Shown here: piece after piece, positions 20,522-30,237 of the stretch
Numbering within the stretch: position 1 is the first letter of the stretch
Layout of the letters: each line of letters starts with the position of its first letter
DNA from: Gloeobacterales cyanobacterium
GTDB lineage: Bacteria > Cyanobacteriota > Cyanobacteriia > Gloeobacterales > PMM-0068
Length of the DNA stretch: 64,000 nucleotides
Direction: 5' to 3'
NCBI GenBank assembly: GCA_038245785.1
Contig: JBBRSB010000003.1
Location: forward strand, 166,336-230,335
Translations under genes and position numbers: made by a program
Notes under the pieces: model-generated
Databases searched by the model: none
Told to the model about the DNA's origin: nothing
The model's input: only the letters and a program-made list of their open reading frames with translations

Positions 20522-21085
20522 TTATTCCATCAGCCAGCCGAACAACTCGCCCACACTTAGTCGTAACTCATGAGCAAAGGAGGGTACAGGAAGAAGTTGC
20601 TCTGATTGCTCAAATACTTCTGTCTCTTGCTTCGGCAAGTAAACAAAAACAGTCTGCTCAGCGGGATCAATTAGCCAACCCATCTGAGTTCCATATCTGA
20701 GGCAGTGCAGAATATTCTTGGTAACTTTTGTGTGGCTTTGGTCTGGAGACAAGATTTCAATAGTCCAATCAGGAGCTATTTGGAACACATTAGCAATTTC
20801 ACCGTTTTCATCACGCGGAATTCTCTCAGAGATAAACACAGAGACATCTGGCACGGTCGACCGCTCACCAAACGTACAGCGCAGTTCTGAAAATGCTCGT
20901 GCAGTGCGTTTAAGTTTAAGAACAGCATTGATAGTACTAGCTAATTCAGTCTGAATAACGCTGTGTTTCCCTTTTGGCATTGGCTTTTGAATAATTTGAC
21001 CGTCAACATACTCACTAGCAGGTTTAGTCTCTGGCATGTGCAGAAACTCTTCCAAGGTTAAGATTCTGGATGGGGTTTGTACCAT
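20522..21085 (-). CDS. Uma2 family endonuclease
   Basis: Paralogue of 3691-4275 (PETKPA.EY.DG, PDWTIEILSP). Confidence 0.9.
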   Translation of the reverse strand: MVQTPSRILTLEEFLHMPETKPASEYVDGQIIQKPMPKGKHSVIQTELASTINAVLKLKRTARAFSELRCTFGERSTVPDVSVFISERIPRDENGEIANVFQIAPDWTIEILSPDQSHTKVTKNILHCLRYGTQMGWLIDPAEQTVFVYLPKQETEVFEQSEQLLPVPSFAHELRLSVGELFGWLME

Positions 21086-21114
21086 GTGTAATCGCCTTCG
21101 CTGTAACCTTTATT

Positions 21115-21768
21115 TTAAGGCTCAACTCCTAGATCCCGTAAACGCTGGGCTAGGGCTTCAGCCTTTTGTTCGGCAACTTTAGCTCTTTGCTCTGCCGTTT
21201 CAGCCCGTTGTGCCAAAGCCTGATAGCTTTCAAAGGACTGTCCGTCGGGTTGGATTAGGTTGAGATCTCCGGTTTCTGTCAGCTCAAAGCGTATTCCTAA
21301 TCGGGGGCTGACCCAACCCTCTATCGTTTCTAGGGCTTCCAACACTCCACCCTGACGGATAAAACCATCCAAACTTAGACGGTCGGGGTCATAGAGATAA
21401 TATTCATCCACACCATACCGTTCGTAAAACTGAAACTTGCGGTTCATCTCTGCAATCGTATTTCCTGGAGAAATAACCTCAAAAACTATTTGTGGAGCAA
21501 TGTTATCCTCTAGCCACTGCCGATAGCTGCCTCTATCGCCCTTAGGACGACCAAGAACAACCATCGTATCGGGAGCCTGACGGAGCTTGTTATTTCCTTC
21601 GACTGGATACCACAGCAAATCTCCAGCCACAAAAACTTGGGGGTCATTTCTAAATACCCAATCTAAGCCTTCTTTGAGGTAGACAATCCAGCGGAACTGT
21701 TTGGTATTGTCTGCCATGGAAAAGCTATCAGACTCAGGGTAGGTAATCGGTGTAGCGGAAATAACCAT
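21115..21768 (-). CDS. Uma2 family endonuclease with a coiled-coil tail
   Basis: Motifs APDTMVV, FEVISPGNT, YGVDEYYLYDP; tail AEQRA..LRDLGVEP. Confidence 0.9.
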   Translation of the reverse strand: MVISATPITYPESDSFSMADNTKQFRWIVYLKEGLDWVFRNDPQVFVAGDLLWYPVEGNNKLRQAPDTMVVLGRPKGDRGSYRQWLEDNIAPQIVFEVISPGNTIAEMNRKFQFYERYGVDEYYLYDPDRLSLDGFIRQGGVLEALETIEGWVSPRLGIRFELTETGDLNLIQPDGQSFESYQALAQRAETAEQRAKVAEQKAEALAQRLRDLGVEP

Positions 21769-21819
21769 GAGATGAATACGTCAGGAGGTCATTGATTAGC
21801 CATATTTTAGCCCTTTGTA

Positions 21820-22004
21820 TCGGCCGGCAGAAAGACTGTAAACGCCAAAGCGTCACCTCAGGAGTTACCCGAGATGCCATTGGTCAATAACCTTGCCGAA
21901 AAGAGCGCTCACAGGCCCAGTCGCTTGTGAATCCCCTTCTATACGGGCATGAGGTGTTGAAAATTAGTAGGCGAGGCCCATGCTGCGGGTGGTTTCTGCC
22001 CCGA
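21820..22004 (-). ncRNA. ssrS: 6S RNA (ssrS/ssaA)-like; 5' boundary uncertain and overlapping psaC
   Basis: Contains cggcaa..uggcaucucgg..ccugaggugacgc..gcguuu..cagu..ccggccg, which resembles cyanobacterial 6S RNA as I recall it. Inner stem cacctca/tgaggtg. A terminal pairing gives a 185-nt span. The strand is inferred. Confidence 0.6.
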
Positions 22005-22209
22005 GGTAGACACGGATGCTCAAGAAATCCGTAGGGCAGGCGGTTTCGCAGCGCTTACAGCCCACGCAGTCTTCCGTGCGGGGAGAAGCAGCAATCGTAG
22101 CAGCCCGGTTTCCGTCCCAAGGAACCATTTCCAGGACGTCTAGAGGACAAGCCCGGACACACTGGGTGCATCCAATACAGGTGTCGTAGATCTTTACGAT
22201 GTGAGACAT
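21964..22209 (-). CDS. psaC: Photosystem I iron-sulfur centre PsaC
   Basis: 81 aa: [22 protein letters not shown]...[12 protein letters not shown]...TTRSMGLAY. Confidence 0.99.
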   Translation of the reverse strand: MSHIVKIYDTCIGCTQCVRACPLDVLEMVPWDGNRAATIAASPRTEDCVGCKRCETACPTDFLSIRVYLGAETTRSMGLAY

Positions 22210-22324
22210 AGGAACCCTTTCGAATCGTGCCGTCTTGGTTATGGATTGCAGTGTATCGCGCCCAGAAAGGCTTTGCCGCAGATTTGCCACATTTCTTAAA
22301 AAAGCGTTACCTAAGCACTCATTT

Positions 22325-23335
22325 TCACTCTTGAGCTTGCACCATTTCCCGGACGAGGTTGGCTTCCCATTTGCGGGCTGGGGCCTGACGACGAATATCT
22401 CGCCAAATGCCCGTAGCCGCTTTGGTCCCATCAGCAACCGCAATCGAAATCTGATTGAGGCCCTGCTTCAAGTCCCCAATCGCAAAAATACGGGGATGGG
22501 AAGTCCGGCACATATCGTCGGTGACTAGATTTTCCCCATTCTTCTCTAGGGGAATACCGTTCAAGTATTGGCTGTAGTAGTGAGAGCCCATGGCGATCAG
22601 TCCTGTGTCTACCGCAATCCGGGAGCCATCAGTGAACTCAATGCCATCCATGGTGTGACTTTTCCCTAAGAAGCGCTGGATGGGCGTCTCAATCAAAGGA
22701 TAGCCGTGGTCTGCCAGTTTTTGACGCATCTCAGGCCCCACCTCGAAAAGACCGTGGGTCAAGACCGTGATGTAGGGCGTAAACCAGTTCAAGACAAACG
22801 CCGTGTTGATTTGCCCCTCCGAACCGCAGATCAAAGCACACCGCGTATCGTTTATCTCATAGCCATCGCAAATCAGACAGACATGCAGGTTGTGTCCCGC
22901 GTACTGGTAGACATTCTGCATATCATCTAGCTTCGGAAGCTGGTCGATGATGCCGCTGGCTGCAACGATATATTTTGCTTTAAACGTATGTTCTTGTTCG
23001 TGACGCATCGCTGTTTTCACGCGCACATCAAAGTATTCACCTTGGTCTGTGACTTCTTCAACATGGGCAAAGAGGTAATTGCCGCCGACATTATAAAGAT
23101 GCTGTTCTCCTCGCTTTAGCAGCTCTCTGCCGCTAATGTGCTCAGGAAAACCGAGGTAATTGGTCAGATCTGTCATCCAGAAAGAACGACCTCGCCCTTT
23201 TTCAATTACTAAAACTTTGAGGTTATAGCGGGCTAAATACAGCCCTGCCGAGAGTCCTCCTGCTCCACCACCTACCACAATGGCGTCATAGAGAAGCTCA
23301 GCATGTTCATCCAGATGCTTACGGGATAGCCGCAC
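22325..23335 (-). CDS. Thioredoxin-reductase-like flavoprotein, probably the diflavin-linked disulfide oxidoreductase (DDOR) type
   Basis: GGGAGG FAD motif, GRGRSFW, CLIC; second Rossmann domain lacks the NADPH GGG motif; Trp-containing tail. Confidence 0.75.
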   Translation of the reverse strand: MRLSRKHLDEHAELLYDAIVVGGGAGGLSAGLYLARYNLKVLVIEKGRGRSFWMTDLTNYLGFPEHISGRELLKRGEQHLYNVGGNYLFAHVEEVTDQGEYFDVRVKTAMRHEQEHTFKAKYIVAASGIIDQLPKLDDMQNVYQYAGHNLHVCLICDGYEINDTRCALICGSEGQINTAFVLNWFTPYITVLTHGLFEVGPEMRQKLADHGYPLIETPIQRFLGKSHTMDGIEFTDGSRIAVDTGLIAMGSHYYSQYLNGIPLEKNGENLVTDDMCRTSHPRIFAIGDLKQGLNQISIAVADGTKAATGIWRDIRRQAPARKWEANLVREMVQAQE

Positions 23336-23441
23336 GTTTACAACCCTGACAGTATTCCTAGTCTAGCGGGTGACTTGGAGTTTTTGGAAATGCACCAGAG
23401 GCACGCTATAAATAAAGGGAAACGCGTCATCATCTGAAATC

Positions 23442-23531
23442 ATGTCAATCATCACACTCGGTTGGACTGCCCTAATTTTGTTTTTTGTTGGCTCTATCGC
23501 ACTTACGGTTTGGGGTCGAGGCGGCTTTTAA
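23442..23531 (+). CDS. petN: Cytochrome b6f subunit 8 (missing from the ORF track)
   Basis: 29 aa MSIITLGWTALILFFVGSIALTVWGRGGF. Confidence 0.9.
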   Translation: MSIITLGWTALILFFVGSIALTVWGRGGF

Positions 23532-23559
23532 AGGAACTTCATTTGAGCTATAGGAATTC

Positions 23560-23682
23560 ATGATCCAGAACTACCTGGTCATTGCGGCCTTTTTGGGGCT
23601 CGTCGCCCTTACCTTGGGAGTAGCCTATCTCACCTGGGTGGATTTTCGTGACCGCCAACGCGCCAAGAAAAGCAAGCGTTAG
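23560..23682 (+). CDS. 40-aa single-pass membrane microprotein (missing from the ORF track)
   Basis: agga SD; sequence MIQNYLVIAAFLGLVALTLGVAYLTWVDFRDRQRAKKSKR. Confidence 0.7.
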   Translation: MIQNYLVIAAFLGLVALTLGVAYLTWVDFRDRQRAKKSKR

Positions 23683-23702
23683 CCTCCTGCTCAGATTGGG
23701 GA

Positions 23703-25046
23703 ATGCTAGAGCATACATACGCACCCCCTAGTTTGCCGGAGAACTGTGTCATGGTCCTCAACCCACAGGACAACCTACCCAAGAATGGAACTTCCCATTC
23801 CCCGATGGTGATCAAAGCGCATGATGTAATTCGGCGAGAGCGTTTAACCGATGACCATGCCTACGATGCTGTGGGTTTCAAGGATTTAGTAACCCGCGCC
23901 CTTAAACTGAGTGCTTCAGATATCCATCTGTGCGTCAATGAGTCTCCCCGCTTCCGTATTCGGGGTGAGATTGAAACGTTCAACCTACCTCTGATTAGTG
24001 AATTTGTTTTTTACCGCTGGCTGGAAGAAATTCTTTCTCCTCAGCAAATCGCCAAGTTTGAAGAGGAGCAGGAATACGATACCGCAGCTTATTTCCCCGA
24101 TTTGATCCGCTGCCGGATTAACTTGTTTTTCTCTCTCTTAGGCTCTTCGATGGTGATTCGTTTGATTCCCCTGGAAGCGAAGAGCATGGAGCAGCTCTAC
24201 ATGCCCGAAAAGCTCAAAGAACTGTGCGCTATGCCCAAGGGCTTGTTTCTGATTACCGGGCCGACGGGGTCTGGTAAATCTACGACCGTAGCAGCCATGA
24301 TTCGCTACATGAATGAGAACTTTAAAAAGAATATTGTTTCGATTGAAGACCCGATTGAATTCGTCCATACCTCAAAAAAATGTGCTATCCGTCAACGAGA
24401 AGTCGGTATCCATACCAAAGCTTTTGAGAATGCTTTGCGGGCCGTACTTCGGGAAGACCCCGATATCATTTTGATTGGAGAAATGCGGGACCGAATGACG
24501 GTGGAAACAGCTTTGAAAGCAGCACAGACAGGGCACTTGGTCTTCGGCACACTACATACTAATAGTGCAGTTGCTACGATTAACCGGATCTTGAATATTT
24601 TCCAACCTTCTGAACAAGAACCCATTCGTCGCCAACTCGCAGAGTCTCTTGTCGCCATTGCAGCCCAGATGTTGGTGCCTTCCACAGACGGAGGCCGCCG
24701 AGCAGTCATGGAGCTTTATATCAATACGGTCACGGGTAAAGATTTTGTTGACCGAGGAGATTATGACCAACTTAGTCAACTGATTAAAGAATGTGACTAT
24801 GAAGGCATGCAAACTATGAATGATGTCATGTTTAATTTAGTTAAAGAAGGGATCATTACGCCAGAAACTGCCATCAAGTTTTCACCCTATTCCAATGAGA
24901 TGAGTCAGCTTTTGCGCGGGAAAGAAGAGAACCTGATAGCGGCTAATCGGGAAGCTCAAGAGAGTAATCCCCGCAATTCTTTTGGTAGTGGCACTCAGTA
25001 TTCAGGTTCCTACAAGCAAAATCCTAATCGCCCCACACAGCCCTAG
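23703..25046 (+). CDS. pilT: Type IV pilus retraction ATPase (PilT/PilU family)
   Basis: Motifs ASDIHL, GPTGSGKSTT, IEDPIEF, LREDPDIILIGEMRD, GTLHTN. Confidence 0.9.
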   Translation: MLEHTYAPPSLPENCVMVLNPQDNLPKNGTSHSPMVIKAHDVIRRERLTDDHAYDAVGFKDLVTRALKLSASDIHLCVNESPRFRIRGEIETFNLPLISEFVFYRWLEEILSPQQIAKFEEEQEYDTAAYFPDLIRCRINLFFSLLGSSMVIRLIPLEAKSMEQLYMPEKLKELCAMPKGLFLITGPTGSGKSTTVAAMIRYMNENFKKNIVSIEDPIEFVHTSKKCAIRQREVGIHTKAFENALRAVLREDPDIILIGEMRDRMTVETALKAAQTGHLVFGTLHTNSAVATINRILNIFQPSEQEPIRRQLAESLVAIAAQMLVPSTDGGRRAVMELYINTVTGKDFVDRGDYDQLSQLIKECDYEGMQTMNDVMFNLVKEGIITPETAIKFSPYSNEMSQLLRGKEENLIAANREAQESNPRNSFGSGTQYSGSYKQNPNRPTQP

Positions 25047-25072
25047 GCCCCAAACTCCCGTAGCATGAGAGC

Positions 25073-25552
25073 ATGCGAATTTTTGGGATAGATCCCGGTA
25101 CAGCAATTGTGGGCTACGGTGTGGTAGACATTTCTCTTGAAGGAACATTCACCACGGTGGATTTTGGTGTGGTGTCTACACCTGCCCACACGCCCTATCA
25201 CGAACGGCTAGCTCAAATTCATGAAGATGTGACTACGCTCTTACAGAAATGGCAGCCTGACCGAGCGGCAGTTGAAAAGCTTTTCTTCTATCAGATGGGC
25301 AATACTATTTCCATCGCCCAAGCGCGTGGGGTGATTCTTCTCTGCCTCGCCCAGCAAAGCGTTCCCTTCCATGAATTTAGCCCTCCCCAAATCAAATTAA
25401 CGCTGGCAGGAGATGGAAGAGCCGATAAAAAGGCGATGCAAGAAGCGGTAAGACGAGAATTAGGACTTGAGAAAATTCCAAAACCCGATGATGCTGCCGA
25501 TGGCTTAGCGATTGCACTAACCTGTTGGTTTCTAGAACGTTCTTCTTGGTGA
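25073..25552 (+). CDS. ruvC: Holliday junction resolvase
   Basis: Motifs GIDPG, VEKLFF, QARGV, KPDDAADGLAIA. Confidence 0.95.
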   Translation: MRIFGIDPGTAIVGYGVVDISLEGTFTTVDFGVVSTPAHTPYHERLAQIHEDVTTLLQKWQPDRAAVEKLFFYQMGNTISIAQARGVILLCLAQQSVPFHEFSPPQIKLTLAGDGRADKKAMQEAVRRELGLEKIPKPDDAADGLAIALTCWFLERSSW

Positions 25553-25627
25553 CATAACTCTTCTTTTAACTTTCCTAATGTGTTTGCAACCAATGAGTAA
25601 GGTCTGTTTCACGATAAGCTAACCCAA

Positions 25628-26269
25628 ATGACACGACTCCTTCTGCCTGGACTTTTTGCCTTCCGTCCCAATCGTGCCACCTTGGGAGGAACGGCCTACT
25701 TTATTCAAGCAGAGGGAGAACAGCCTTCCTTGCTCATTGATAGTCCTGCCTGTAGTGAAGAGAATCTGGATTTTCTGGAAGCTCAAGGAGGGGTAGCTCT
25801 GATGTTTATAACCCATCGGGGAGCCATTGGAGAGACCAAGAAATTTCATCAGCATTTTGGCTGCACGGTAGTCTTGCAGGAGCAAGAAGCGTACCTAGTG
25901 GATGTCCCCTGCCTACAAACTTTTGAAAAAACCTGGTCTTCTGGTTCCTATGAAGCGCTGTGGACACCTGGTCATTCTCCCGGTAGCAGTTGCTTACGCT
26001 GGAGCGCCCATGGAGGAGTCATCTTTTCTGGGAGACATTTGCTACCGGATGCACGGGGCTATCCAGTCCCCTTGAAGACCCAAAAAACCTTTCACTGGCC
26101 CAGACAAATTCAACAGGTACAGGCTCTCCTAGAGCAGTGGCCGGATTTTTATTATCTCTGTCCTGGTGCGGGAACAGGTTTACTCCGAGGTAAAGGCCTC
26201 GTTGAAGAAGCTCATAGCAAAGTATCAGCGGGATTGGGAAGTGGGAATGTTGCTGGGCTTTTGCAATAG
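25628..26269 (+). CDS. Metallo-beta-lactamase-fold protein
   Basis: Motifs FITHRG, WTPGHSPGSSCL, FSGRHLL. Confidence 0.8.
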   Translation: MTRLLLPGLFAFRPNRATLGGTAYFIQAEGEQPSLLIDSPACSEENLDFLEAQGGVALMFITHRGAIGETKKFHQHFGCTVVLQEQEAYLVDVPCLQTFEKTWSSGSYEALWTPGHSPGSSCLRWSAHGGVIFSGRHLLPDARGYPVPLKTQKTFHWPRQIQQVQALLEQWPDFYYLCPGAGTGLLRGKGLVEEAHSKVSAGLGSGNVAGLLQ

Positions 26270-27253
26270 AGGTTGAGGAATTGTTGGATAGGGCCAAGCA
26301 AAGGCATGGCGAAATGCGGCTTCCTGACATTGGCGTAACTGCCGAAAATCAATCACATCTAGAGTCAACAGATTCTCATACTCAAAGGGTAAACGGACAT
26401 TGTGCAGTCCGGCATTGTCTGTACAGATAGCAATGTCCACTCCTTCGGCAAAACAGCGCTGGAAAACAGGCTGTAGTTCTTTGATGCTCTTCAACGTTCC
26501 TGTTTGCAGATAGGTCGTAGGGCAAATTTCCAAACACTGACCGCGTTGAGCCAGCTCTGGCAGTAACTCCGGATAATGTAGGGGAATCTGGATGCCGTGA
26601 CCGATACGAGAAACGTAGGGCAGCAACTGGGGATAACAGCCCTTAGAAGTTTCATAGAGATGAGCTGTGGTTTTCAATCCCTGGGCTAACGCGTAGCGAT
26701 AGAGGTCTACAAACTCATCCATCCGCTCCCGATAGGCTGCATCACCCCCAGCCACATCAATACCACTGACGTACTCAGAATCTCTGGCAAGATGCACAAT
26801 CGCCCGATTAACCTTCTCCGGCAAACGGGTATGAGTACAGAGGATTTGGCTGGTGACAATCGGATACTCCGTCAGACGGGAGGCCTGACCGACAATGTCT
26901 ACCACTTCTCGCATTTGGTCAATGCGTTGGTCTTCGCTGAGATTGTGGTCGGTGCGGTAGTAGGGCGTGTAGCGCAGCTCGAGATAGGCCAGATTTTCAA
27001 ATACGTAGGCCCCGCGCAGCAACCGATAGATGAAGTAGGGCAACGCTTCCAGCGTTTGCACCGATTCAACTAAGGTATGCAGTTCGAGATATTCCTCTAA
27101 GGAACTGCGTGGTTTGGTATAAAAATCCTCAAACCCTGCATAGTTCTGGAAACGTTCCGTAATCGGATGGTTCTGGCGGATAAAGTAGCGCCAAAGGACC
27201 CTCGGGACCACAGAACCGCCTAAGTGCCGATGTAGTTCTGCATGTAAGGTCAT
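26225..27253 (-). CDS. Adenosine deaminase family protein
   Basis: Motifs AELHRHLGG, YLELRYTP, HLYET, RIGHG, CTDN. Confidence 0.85.
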   Translation of the reverse strand: MTLHAELHRHLGGSVVPRVLWRYFIRQNHPITERFQNYAGFEDFYTKPRSSLEEYLELHTLVESVQTLEALPYFIYRLLRGAYVFENLAYLELRYTPYYRTDHNLSEDQRIDQMREVVDIVGQASRLTEYPIVTSQILCTHTRLPEKVNRAIVHLARDSEYVSGIDVAGGDAAYRERMDEFVDLYRYALAQGLKTTAHLYETSKGCYPQLLPYVSRIGHGIQIPLHYPELLPELAQRGQCLEICPTTYLQTGTLKSIKELQPVFQRCFAEGVDIAICTDNAGLHNVRLPFEYENLLTLDVIDFRQLRQCQEAAFRHAFAWPYPTIPQPLLQKPSNIPTSQSR

Positions 27254-27293
27254 GAGCCAAGTCCCCTCGCGCGGTTCTTCCCTCAACCATAAC

Positions 27294-28829
27294 CTACCCC
27301 TCACGCTCCCGTTCAGAGGGAGCGGAGTTGGGGGCTCTTCTCAGTTGCCGTTTCAAGATCTTGCCCGTCGCAGATTTGGGCAATTCATCCAGGAAAGTTA
27401 CATATTTAGGAACTTTAATCGCCGTCAAAAACTTACGAGCATAGGCAATCACTTCCGCTTCGGTAGTAATCATGCCTTCCTTCAAGCTGACATAGGCATG
27501 AACCACTTCCCCTTTACTGGGGTCTGGATCTCCGACTACGGCTACTTCTCTAAGCGGTTCTAACCCCATCAAAACATCTTCCACTTCGCGAGAATATACA
27601 TTCTCACCGCCGACAATAATCATGTCTTTCAAGCGGTCCACAATGTAGAAATAACCATCTTCATCCTGATAGCCTAAATCACCCGTCCGCAGCCAGTGGT
27701 CTACAAAAGCCTCTGTGGTCGCTTCTGGGCGATTCCAATAGCCCTTAAACACATGGGGGCCTCGGACTACCAATTCGCCGACTTCTCCTGGGGCCAAGAA
27801 CTCACCGCCCACCAAGTCACGCACTGCCAATTCCCCGCCCGGAAAGACAGTCCCAATAGAGCCGAGTTTGGGAGCTAATTGAAACGGATTTACCGCCGCA
27901 TAGGGAGAACATTCGGTAAGGCCGTAGCCTTGGCGAACAATGTCTCCAAAACGCTGGCTAAAAGCTGTTTCCAACTGAGGTGTCAGAGGACCCCCTCCGC
28001 TAAGAATGCAGCGCAGAGCGGGGGATAGCTTGAATTCTTCAGGAAACCGTAGGAATAGGCCTAACAGGCTGGGCACGGCGACCATGACACTTAATCGGGG
28101 ATCGCTAAGATGCTCCATGATCTTCTTGGGCGCATAGCGATACTCAAAGTTCACTGCCCCGCCAACAAGCGGGACAATGACAAGGGCAGCAGTGAAAGCA
28201 AAGGCATGGAATACAGGCAGAATGCAGAATAATCGGTCTTCTGGGGAAACCTGGAGGGCGATCACTCCACCCTTGGCATTTGCCCAGAGGTTACCATGAC
28301 TGAGCATGGCTCCCTTAGGATTGCCTGTGGTCCCTGAGGTATAGAAGATTTGCGCCGTATCTTCCAAGCTGCGCTCTAAGATCGGATGTTGACCGGGGGT
28401 GCCAACCAATTGGGCAAAATTCAGGTCATGCGATGAGCTGCTGGTACCGATCACGATCACTGCCAATTGCTTCAATTCTGGTCTGAGCGGCTCCAGCACA
28501 GGCAAGAGGGCATCAGGGATAATAATTGCTTTGGAATGGGAGTCTTGCAGGATATAGAGAAGCTCACGGCCCGTTAGCTGGGGATTGACGAGTACGGGTT
28601 CCACTCCCATACGCCAAAGCCCATACATAACCAAGGCATATTCAGGAATATTGGGCAACATGACCGCGATACGATGCCCCGGCAGATAGCCAAGGGCCTG
28701 TAGGGACGCTGCCAAATTTTCACTCAGTTGGGCCACTTGCGCATAGGAAAAAGCGCGACCATCCCCCTCAAAGGCAATCTTGTCGGGGTTGTGGGAAAGG
28801 CCGTGCTGGAGAACGTGAGCAAGATTCAT
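27294..28829 (-). CDS. Long-chain fatty acid-CoA ligase (AMP-binding)
   Basis: Motifs YTSGTTGNPKG, QGYGLTE, LRTGDLG, PKSATGKI. Confidence 0.9.
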   Translation of the reverse strand: MNLAHVLQHGLSHNPDKIAFEGDGRAFSYAQVAQLSENLAASLQALGYLPGHRIAVMLPNIPEYALVMYGLWRMGVEPVLVNPQLTGRELLYILQDSHSKAIIIPDALLPVLEPLRPELKQLAVIVIGTSSSSHDLNFAQLVGTPGQHPILERSLEDTAQIFYTSGTTGNPKGAMLSHGNLWANAKGGVIALQVSPEDRLFCILPVFHAFAFTAALVIVPLVGGAVNFEYRYAPKKIMEHLSDPRLSVMVAVPSLLGLFLRFPEEFKLSPALRCILSGGGPLTPQLETAFSQRFGDIVRQGYGLTECSPYAAVNPFQLAPKLGSIGTVFPGGELAVRDLVGGEFLAPGEVGELVVRGPHVFKGYWNRPEATTEAFVDHWLRTGDLGYQDEDGYFYIVDRLKDMIIVGGENVYSREVEDVLMGLEPLREVAVVGDPDPSKGEVVHAYVSLKEGMITTEAEVIAYARKFLTAIKVPKYVTFLDELPKSATGKILKRQLRRAPNSAPSEREREG

Positions 28830-28981
28830 GGATGGATAGACTCCTTAGCTGTGCATCCTAATAGATTCACTCTACTAACATGCACCAAGTGCTGGCATTA
28901 GGGTGAGGTACAGTTTTTGAACTGTCTACTCAAACAGGCTATGAGCTAAACCCCAGGAGCCTATCCCAACTGTTTCCTGCC

Positions 28982-29497
28982 TTATACCTTGTACTGAGCA
29001 ATAGACTTGGCAATCAGGGCATAGGTTTCCTCTAAGCCTTTCCAACCATTGATTTCTACTTCTTTTTTCTCCAGACGCTTATAGGTTAGGAAAAATTCAG
29101 AAATTTCATCCAAACGATGCTGAGCAATATCACTCAAGGATTTTACGTGAGCATAGCGGGGATCTTTTACAGGGACGCAAAGAATCTTTTCGTCTTTGTC
29201 TCCACCATCGATCATCTCTAAGAAGCCAAGGGGACGAGCGGCAATCACACAGCCAGGGAAGGTCGGCTGGTCCATGATTACTAGACCATCAAGGGGGTCA
29301 CCATCATCCGCTAAGGTGTTGGGCACAAAACCATAGTCCGCCGGATAGTAGACCGAGGAATACAGCACTCGGTCTAGGGCAAACGTACCCATGTCTTTGT
29401 CGAATTCGTATTTATTGTGGCTTCCTGTGGGGATCTCCACGAGGATATTTAACAGGTTTTCCTTAGGCTGGGGAGGAATTTTGCTTAGGTCAATCAC
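28982..29497 (-). CDS. ppa: Family I inorganic pyrophosphatase
   Basis: Motifs KYEFD, YPADYGF, DDGDPLD. Confidence 0.97.
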   Translation of the reverse strand: MIDLSKIPPQPKENLLNILVEIPTGSHNKYEFDKDMGTFALDRVLYSSVYYPADYGFVPNTLADDGDPLDGLVIMDQPTFPGCVIAARPLGFLEMIDGGDKDEKILCVPVKDPRYAHVKSLSDIAQHRLDEISEFFLTYKRLEKKEVEINGWKGLEETYALIAKSIAQYKV

Positions 29498-29583
29498 GAT
29501 CGGTTCTCTCTAAGGGGTCAAGAAAGCAGCTCCGCAAAGGAAGTCGCCGTGATTATTATAGAGATCGATGGACTCCTTCACCG

Positions 29584-30216
29584 ATGACTACTACCCTACG
29601 CCCTCAGAATCCTGACAAGGTTCTGCTCAAAAATATTAGCTGGCAGACGTATCGCGCCTTGCTGGAAGATGTTGAGCGACAACCAAGCGTTCGCCTAACC
29701 TACGATCAGGGACAGCTAGAAATTATGGTTCCTTTGCGTCCCCATGAGAGCGCCAAAAAGCTGATTGGTCGATTTATTGAAGCCCTTACAGAAGAACTTA
29801 ATATTGAAATTTGCAGCTTAGGTTCTCTTACCTGTAGTCGGGAGGATTTAGCACGTGGCTTGGAACCAGACCAGTGTTATTACATTCAGCATGAATCCGC
29901 TATCCGAGAACTAGACGATATCAATCTAACCCGTGACCCACCACCGGATCTTGCTATTGAAATTGATATTAGCTATAGCTCACTCAATAGATTATCCATC
30001 TATGAAGCGCTGGGAGTTCCAGAAGTCTGGCGATATGATGGCAAACGGCTCATGATCTATCATTTAGAGAATCAGAAATACCAAGTGTGTGATAGCAGCC
30101 CAACTTTTCCACAAATTTCTGTTAAGGATCTAGTCCGCTTCTTAGAACTGCGTAAGACAATGGGAGAAACGAGTTTGATTCGTTTATTCCGCGAGTGGGT
30201 TAGGAATTCTCTTTAG
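29584..30216 (+). CDS. Uma2 family endonuclease
   Basis: Motifs ISWQTY, EPDQCYY, PPDLAIEID, LGVPEVW. Confidence 0.9.
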   Translation: MTTTLRPQNPDKVLLKNISWQTYRALLEDVERQPSVRLTYDQGQLEIMVPLRPHESAKKLIGRFIEALTEELNIEICSLGSLTCSREDLARGLEPDQCYYIQHESAIRELDDINLTRDPPPDLAIEIDISYSSLNRLSIYEALGVPEVWRYDGKRLMIYHLENQKYQVCDSSPTFPQISVKDLVRFLELRKTMGETSLIRLFREWVRNSL

Positions 30217-30237
30217 GGAAAAAGATCTAACTAATCA

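Noticed and set aside
22210..22443. N-terminally extended 159-aa PsaC
   Set aside because: The extension overlaps the upstream oxidoreductase, and the canonical MSH start is at 22209.
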